28,950 bases of DNA from a virus (lineage: Duplodnaviria; Caudoviricetes): IMG/VR virus record IMGVR_UViG_3300043442_000670, positions 1 through 28,950 of that record; one strand, 5' to 3'. The notes beneath the pieces were generated by a model that was not told the origin of the DNA, searched no databases, and saw nothing but the letters and a program-made list of their open reading frames with translations. A program made the position numbers and the translations under genes. Below are positions 23,553 to 28,950 of the stretch, one piece after another (position 1 is the stretch's first letter; every line of letters starts with the position of its first letter).

Positions 23553-25779
23553 TGAGCGCCACCCGGTAGTCGCCGTAAGCGCGGGCGATCAGATCCTCGA
23601 ACGCCATGCGCACCTGATCGCGGATCGCCATCGCGTCGCCTCCCGCTGCGTTGATCGTAACGGGGGCGTGGATGGTGACACCGCCGCCGCCTGCAACGGG
23701 CCGGGCGACGCGCGGGATGATCGCCCCATCCATGCCAGGCACGAACAGCTCACGACGCCGCTCGCCGACGATGTAGGGCTGCCCCGCGCGCACGGGCCCG
23801 CCCGAAGCCCGCCCGGGCGGCTGCGCACCTGCAGGGGCGCCTCCGCCGCCGCCGCCGCCGACGATGCTCTTGATCCGCGCCCAGGCGCCGGAGATCCAGC
23901 CGAACAGCGCGGAGGCCCTGGCCTTGAGGCCGTTGATGATCGTCTGCACAATCTGCTGGCCAATCTGCGCCTGCGTGAAGAAGCGGTAGATCGCGGCGGG
24001 GATCGGGAACATCACCGAGAGGATCGCCGGGCCGACGCGCTGGAAGGCGCTGAAGATGTTCTGCGTCACCAGCTGGATAGCGGTCGCCAGGCCCCGGAAG
24101 GCATTGCCCACGGCGTTCGGCACCGCCGCGAGCGTTGCGCCGACGCCGCGGAAGACGCTCGTCACCCAGCCGGCCCAGGCGCTGAAGATCGTACGCAGGC
24201 CGCTGAACGCCTGCGTGAAGCCCTGCTGGATCCGCTGGGTGTCGCCGGTGAGGATGCCGGTGAAGACCTTCCACGCGCCGCCGATGTAGGTGACGAGGCC
24301 GCCGAAGGCCTGCCGCACTGAAGCGGCGAAGGTGTTCACGCCATCGCGGAACCAGCCCAACTTGTCGTAGGCCGCCTTGAACGCGAGGCCCAGGCCGATG
24401 ACGGCGAGCACGGCGATGCCGATGGGGCCGGTTGCCGCGGCCGCGATGCCGCCGAGCGCAGGGCCGATCGTGGTGATCACGCCGATCAGGCCGGAAACGA
24501 ACGGCGCCACAGCGACGAGCCCAGCAAAGGCGCCAGCGACGGCGACGATGCCGGTCGTGATGCGCGGGTTCTCCTCGGCGAAGGCTGCGAACTTCTCGAC
24601 GAGCGGCGTGATCGCCTCAGCGATGCGCGTGAGCGACGGCAGCAGCGCATTGCCCAGCGTGATACCAAGCCGCTGGCTGGTGTTCTGGAAGCTCGTCAGC
24701 GTGCCCGCGAAGGTCTGGACCTGGCGCTGGTAGTCCTTGTCGACGGTGCCGGCCGCGGCCGATCCGCCCGCCTCGGCCTTCAGTTTTTCGTACTCCTTGC
24801 GGTATTTCATCAGCGACATCAGGCCGAGCTTGGCCTCCTTATCGCCGAAGATCTGGCCGAGCTTGAAGGCGTCGCCGCCTGTGATGCGCTGCAGCTCGTT
24901 GAGCGCAGCCTCCATCGGGTTGATGCCCTTGGCCTTGGCGTTCTTCAGCACCTGCTCGATGTTGACGCCGAACTTCTTGAAGTTCTTCACCGCGTCCGGC
25001 GCGGTCATCTTCAGCATCGCGTCGGTGAGGCGCGTCGATGCCTGGCCTGCATCGGGCGCATCCTTCCGCACCATCTGCATCATGCTCGCCAGGGCGATGG
25101 CGCCCTGCTTGCCGGTGATGCCGAGCGTCCCTGCCGCTGCAGCGATCGTCGGCATGAATTGCGCCATGTCCTTCAGCTCGAAGGCGCCCTGCTTGCCGGC
25201 GAAGGCCAGCGCATCGAAGGTGGCCTTGAGCTCTGTGGGGCGGATTTTCAGCGCGTTCTGCAGCTGGAAGCCGGTCTTGGTGACGTCGAGGAGGTCGGAG
25301 TTGGTGGCGGTCGCCACACGGCCGAGCGCCTCGATCGACGCAACGGCGTCCTTAAGGTCGAGGCCCTGGGCGACGAGATCCTGCACGCCCTCGGCCAGGA
25401 TCTTCGGGCCGAGGTTGGTGCGGTTACGGCCGGAGAGCGACAGCAGATCCTTGCTGATACCTTTGATCTCCACGCTCGTGGCGCCGGAGGTCTTGCCGAT
25501 CTCGCTCAGCACCTGCTCGAACTGCGCGGCCGCCTTGACGCTGGCCACCATGCCCACGCCAATCGCTGCAGCGCCGGCTGCGGCCTGCTGCCACAGCGCG
25601 TTGTCGAACATCCCCTTGAAGCCCTTCTTGCCCGCGGAGGCGGCGTCATTCATCGTCCGGCTGACGTTCCGCCCGAACGACGACACCTGCATCTGCGCGC
25701 CGCGCAGAGCCGATCCGAGACTGGCGCCGATCTTCCCGCCGATCTCGACCGTGATCTTCTGGGGGCCGCCGCCGATCAT
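23545..25779 (-). CDS. tail tape measure protein
   Basis: 744 aa Ala/Gly-rich; AGKQGAFELKDMA core, hydrophobic segments, RASGGPV..G..YIVGE..ELFVP C-terminal motif; follows chaperones. Confidence 0.92.
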   Translation of the reverse strand: MIGGGPQKITVEIGGKIGASLGSALRGAQMQVSSFGRNVSRTMNDAASAGKKGFKGMFDNALWQQAAAGAAAIGVGMVASVKAAAQFEQVLSEIGKTSGATSVEIKGISKDLLSLSGRNRTNLGPKILAEGVQDLVAQGLDLKDAVASIEALGRVATATNSDLLDVTKTGFQLQNALKIRPTELKATFDALAFAGKQGAFELKDMAQFMPTIAAAAGTLGITGKQGAIALASMMQMVRKDAPDAGQASTRLTDAMLKMTAPDAVKNFKKFGVNIEQVLKNAKAKGINPMEAALNELQRITGGDAFKLGQIFGDKEAKLGLMSLMKYRKEYEKLKAEAGGSAAAGTVDKDYQRQVQTFAGTLTSFQNTSQRLGITLGNALLPSLTRIAEAITPLVEKFAAFAEENPRITTGIVAVAGAFAGLVAVAPFVSGLIGVITTIGPALGGIAAAATGPIGIAVLAVIGLGLAFKAAYDKLGWFRDGVNTFAASVRQAFGGLVTYIGGAWKVFTGILTGDTQRIQQGFTQAFSGLRTIFSAWAGWVTSVFRGVGATLAAVPNAVGNAFRGLATAIQLVTQNIFSAFQRVGPAILSVMFPIPAAIYRFFTQAQIGQQIVQTIINGLKARASALFGWISGAWARIKSIVGGGGGGGAPAGAQPPGRASGGPVRAGQPYIVGERRRELFVPGMDGAIIPRVARPVAGGGGVTIHAPVTINAAGGDAMAIRDQVRMAFEDLIARAYGDYRVALND

Positions 25780-25955
25780 TTGGGCCTCAGTTGCTTGGCA
25801 ATCTCATTCTCAACGATCTGGGCCTGCTTGAAGTAAGCCCAGAACTCGTCAGCCTCCAGGTCCAGCACCTCGGCCAGGCCCCAGTTGGTCAGCTTCGACA
25901 AGACGATGATCGCTTGCCTCAGCTGGTCTTCTGAGACCTGGCCGACTTGAAAGCC
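25776..25955 (-). CDS. gpE' tail chaperone extension (-1 frame, probably reached by ribosomal frameshift)
   Basis: LRQAIIVLSKLTNWGLAEVLDL...EFWAY; overlaps gpE end in the -1 frame; stop overlaps tape-measure ATG. Confidence 0.7.
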   Translation of the reverse strand, partial: GFQVGQVSEDQLRQAIIVLSKLTNWGLAEVLDLEADEFWAYFKQAQIVENEIAKQLRPK

Positions 25956-26206
25956 TGGACCTGCGCCTCGCACTTGTCCCAGTCGAGGCTGTCGAGCTCC
26001 ATCACGTCATCGGGCGTGATCTCGCACAGGTTCGCCACCAGCGTGACGCCCATGTCGGCCTCGCTGCCGCCGCTCTTCTGCGCCGCCATGATGTCGCGCA
26101 CCTTGGGGCGGCGCATGATGAGGTGAGAGACCTCGACGCCCGACACGGTGATCGGGAAGTCGAGGTCGATCTTGGCGGTGTTGGGGTGGGGGTTCTTACC
26201 AGCCAT
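25919..26206 (-). CDS. tail assembly chaperone (P2 gpE / FluMu gp41-like)
   Basis: L.FPI...G.....L.MRRPKVRD, LVANLCE......LD..D. Confidence 0.88.
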   Translation of the reverse strand: MAGKNPHPNTAKIDLDFPITVSGVEVSHLIMRRPKVRDIMAAQKSGGSEADMGVTLVANLCEITPDDVMELDSLDWDKCEAQVQAFKSARSQKTS

Positions 26207-26211
26207 TCAGA

Positions 26212-26721
26212 TCAGACGCCGATTGCGTTGCGGATGGATTCAAGCTGATCGGCGCCGTTGATGCGGCGGATCATGTTCACCTTGTCGATCTCGACAACCT
26301 CGCGGCCGCCGATGGTGATCTTGAGGTAGCGGAGCGACATCGAGCAGGTCATCGAGGTCTGATCGCCCGACACCCAGTCGCCGGGATCCATCTCCTTGAT
26401 GACGCCGGTCATGTTCACGACCATCGGCACAGCGGCCTCGCCGTCACGACGCAGAGCGCCGCGAGCGGTCACCTGGGTGGCGGCGCCATCGGCCAGGCCG
26501 TAGAGGCTGAGGACGTTCTCTTCGTAGTCGAACAGCTCGAAGCTGGTCTCCAGCTTCTCCATGCCCATGTCGATGTCCACGGGGGCGTCCATGCCGCCGC
26601 CGCGGAACTCCTCCATCTTGGTGGTGAGGGTGGGCAGGGTCAGCGTCGAGATGGTGCCGGCGAGGCCGCGACCATCAACGAACAGGCTGAAGTTCTTCAG
26701 AACGCGGGGGATTTGGGCCAT
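26212..26721 (-). CDS. major tail tube protein (P2 FII-like)
   Basis: PRVLKNF.LFVDG, LP.L..KMEEFRGGGMD, MGMEKLE, EID..NMIR.ING.D.L. Confidence 0.93.
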   Translation of the reverse strand: MAQIPRVLKNFSLFVDGRGLAGTISTLTLPTLTTKMEEFRGGGMDAPVDIDMGMEKLETSFELFDYEENVLSLYGLADGAATQVTARGALRRDGEAAVPMVVNMTGVIKEMDPGDWVSGDQTSMTCSMSLRYLKITIGGREVVEIDKVNMIRRINGADQLESIRNAIGV

Positions 26722-26732
26722 GGGTCAGGTCC

Positions 26733-28145
26733 TCAAGCGAAGAGATCAACGACGTAGCTGTTGACCAGGTGGCTGCGGAAGGTCACGCGCTCCGCGGGAT
26801 AGGGAGGCGTGAACTCGAAGTCGAAGAAGACCTGGCCGTTGGCGATGCTGGTCGGGCTGTTGAGATCAGGATCCACCCAGACGTCGCCGCCGAGGATTGC
26901 GCCCCGGGCCTTGAGGCTGCGCAGGTAGCCGCGCACGCTCTCCTGCACCTCCTCCAGGTAGGTGGCGGTGATGCAGCGATCGACGGCCCACAGGTGGCCG
27001 CGCAGGATGCTCTCGTTGACCATGTCGGCGGTGCGCCGCACGCTCAGGAAGGCGTAGAGCGGATCCATCGCCAGGGTGCGGTTGCCCCAGAGGCGGAAGC
27101 CCTGCTCGCGCACGATCGTGGCGATCTTGGCCTCGTTGAGCAGGTTCGCCCGGCTGGTGTAGTCGCCCAGGGTGAAGTCGATGGCGCGCGAGGTGCCCTC
27201 GATGCCGGCGATCTCGTTGTTGGAGGGGCTCCACCAGAAGCCGCGCTCGTTGTCGACCTTGTTGATCAGGCCAGCGACGGCGGAGGAAGCGGGGACGCTC
27301 TCGCCATTGCGGAGCACCCAGGGGTCGATCACGTAGATGCGATCGGAGCCGAAGTCGTCAGCGATCTGGATGGCTGCAGCGTCGGTGGTGTTCGGGCCGT
27401 CGGCGATGATCACCGCGCGGAGGCGGTTGGCGATGCCGAGTAGCTCGGCCAGCACCTCGGAGCGGACGGTGCCGCGGTTGACGGTCCCAGCCACGGCCTG
27501 CACGCCGCCCTCGGGGGGAGCAGCGATGGCGACGGTGGGGTTGGTGGTGTAGCCCTTGCCGGGGTTGGTGATGGTGAAGCTCACCACCTTGCCAGCGTTG
27601 GCGCCGGTGCCGAGCACCGCGACTGCAGTGGCGCCGGAGCCCCCGCCGCCGCTGATGGTGACGGCCGGGGCGGTGGTGTAGCCGCTGCCCTGGGTCTGGA
27701 CGGCAATCGAGAGGATGCCGTTGCTGGTGCGCTGGTGGGTGAAGCCAGGGGCGAGCAGGATGCGGGGGCTGAAGCCGACTTCGTTCTCAGCAGCGAGGAA
27801 GGCGTGAACGCCTTCGTAGGCGCCGGTGGTGTTGTTGATGCCGCCGCGCACGTTGTCGATGGTGGCGGCTTCGTTCGCGCCCTCGTCGACGCGAACCACG
27901 ACAACGACAGCGCCGGCCTGGTCGTAGATCAGGTCGAGCGCCGACTGAAGGGTGCCGGCTTCGCCGAGGCCCGCCATCTCGCTGCGACGAGCAATCAGGA
28001 CGGGGGTGTTGAGAGGGAACTTGGCGGCGTCCGCATCAGGTGCGGTGCCGATGAGGCCGATCACAGAGGATCGGACGGTCTGGATCGGCCGGGCCCCAGT
28101 GTCGATCTGGAGGACCTCTACGCCGTGCAGAAAGGTCGTTGTCAT
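26733..28145 (-). CDS. tail sheath protein (P2 FI-like) with Gly/Thr-rich insertion
   Basis: FLHGVEV, VIGLIGTAPDAD, PRILLAPGF, GFWWSPSN, GFRLWGNRT, PAERVTF. Confidence 0.95.
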   Translation of the reverse strand: MTTTFLHGVEVLQIDTGARPIQTVRSSVIGLIGTAPDADAAKFPLNTPVLIARRSEMAGLGEAGTLQSALDLIYDQAGAVVVVVRVDEGANEAATIDNVRGGINNTTGAYEGVHAFLAAENEVGFSPRILLAPGFTHQRTSNGILSIAVQTQGSGYTTAPAVTISGGGGSGATAVAVLGTGANAGKVVSFTITNPGKGYTTNPTVAIAAPPEGGVQAVAGTVNRGTVRSEVLAELLGIANRLRAVIIADGPNTTDAAAIQIADDFGSDRIYVIDPWVLRNGESVPASSAVAGLINKVDNERGFWWSPSNNEIAGIEGTSRAIDFTLGDYTSRANLLNEAKIATIVREQGFRLWGNRTLAMDPLYAFLSVRRTADMVNESILRGHLWAVDRCITATYLEEVQESVRGYLRSLKARGAILGGDVWVDPDLNSPTSIANGQVFFDFEFTPPYPAERVTFRSHLVNSYVVDLFA

Positions 28146-28175
28146 GGGTAGGAGAGTCCTCCTGTCGGGTTGAGT

Positions 28176-28313
28176 CTAGCGGCCTTGGCCGCGCAGCTTT
28201 TTGCGGCCGCGACGGCGCGGGCGTGAACGCTGGCCCTGGCCCTGGGATGTGGTCTTGGGCGGGCCGGGCTGGTGGTCGATGCGGGCGACGCCGGTCTTGC
28301 TGCGGACTGCCAT
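28176..28313 (-). CDS. 45-aa basic peptide MAVRSKTGVARIDHQPGPPKTTSQGQGQRSRPRRRGRKKLRGQGR, not in ORF track
   Basis: Manually translated; TGATG coupling to fibre gene; TAG stop at 28176-28178. Confidence 0.75.
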   Translation of the reverse strand: MAVRSKTGVARIDHQPGPPKTTSQGQGQRSRPRRRGRKKLRGQGR

Positions 28314-28950
28314 CACTCGTAGAGGACGTTGATCGAGCCTGCGTCGAAAGCGTCGGTGCCGTTGGCGGTCACGACGCGGAGATAGTTCAGAACGCCGGCA
28401 AGGGTGACGGCGCCACTGGAGATCGTCGAGCCCTGCGTTCCGGCGGTGGCGAATTGCCCCGACGCCACCCAGGTGTTGCCGCTGATGTTCGTCAGCACCA
28501 GCTCGCCGTAGTGGTTATAGCTGGCGGCGTTGTTGAACACTGGAATGCCAGCCGTGGACGTGACAGGCACGATGCCGCTGGCCCAGGAGAAGACGCTGTA
28601 GCCGGCATAGCCCGACGTTGTGGGTGCGCCGCCAGTGCCGAGCTGCACGAGGATGTTGGTTGCGCCGTTGGTCGAAACGCCGTTGAAAAGCACGGTGATC
28701 CGCCGGGCCCAGGAGGGGATGCCGGTGAACTCCACGGCAACACCTGACGTTGAAGCCTTGGCGGTGTCGCGCGCGATCGCCGTAGCGCCAGCAGCAAGAT
28801 CAGCGCCTTGAATGCTTGCGTCTTGAATGTCTGTTCCGGTCAGCGTGCCGTCCTGGACGTCAGCGCCGGTGAGCGATGCGTCTTGCACATCAGCGCCTGT
28901 GAGGCTGCCGTCTTAAACGTCGGCTGAGGTGATTGTCGAATCCGACACCA
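28313..28950 (-). CDS. tail fibre/appendage protein, 5' truncated by window edge, with decapeptide repeats and an in-frame TAA at 28913-28915
   Basis: Repeats DVQDASLTGA/DVQDGTLTGT/DIQDASIQGA; C-terminal FTGIPSW..RITV...FDAGSINVLYE beta domain; upstream of sheath. Confidence 0.7.

Noticed and set aside
28313-28950. Diversity-generating retroelement targeting the fibre
   Set aside because: No reverse transcriptase and no TR/VR pair seen in this window
1-28950. tRNA/rRNA genes and HIP1 (GCGATCGC) enrichment
   Set aside because: No cloverleaf or rRNA-like segment recognised; a few HIP1 octamers occur but enrichment cannot be judged without counting against expectation

Overview
A 28.95-kb, GC-rich, gene-dense segment of a contractile-tailed (P2-like tail) phage or prophage. 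The gene content (2OG-Fe(II) oxygenase, C39 peptidase, cyanobacterial-type HNH, a basic RGQGR-ending peptide, a PAAR-adjacent ORF) suggests a picocyanobacterial (Synechococcus/Cyanobium-like) host; this is inference from family recall, not a database search. Layout: (i) 1-6054, minus strand: possible cos-like end, gpZ-like gene, iteron-rich putative origin, P4-alpha-like primase-helicase, VRR-NUC nuclease, SF2 helicase; (ii) 6215-18182, mostly plus strand: RecE/RecT-like pair, HTH, SSB, SNF2-helicase/methyltransferase fusion, RlpA-like protein, dCTP deaminase, many small ORFs and an integrase remnant; (iii) 18284-28950, minus strand: lysis and tail genes (PAAR, lysozyme, C39 peptidase, gpD, gpX, gpU, tape measure, chaperones, tube, sheath, fibre). 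Most notable: seven dispersed promoter-like sites share a 10-bp-period direct repeat resembling the cyanobacterial RpaB/HLR1 site, each 29-30 nt upstream of a -10-like hexamer, four followed by 5' leader hairpins; and the gpD baseplate hub carries a circularly permuted M23 peptidase domain. Two genes have in-frame nonsense codons and the integrase is truncated.
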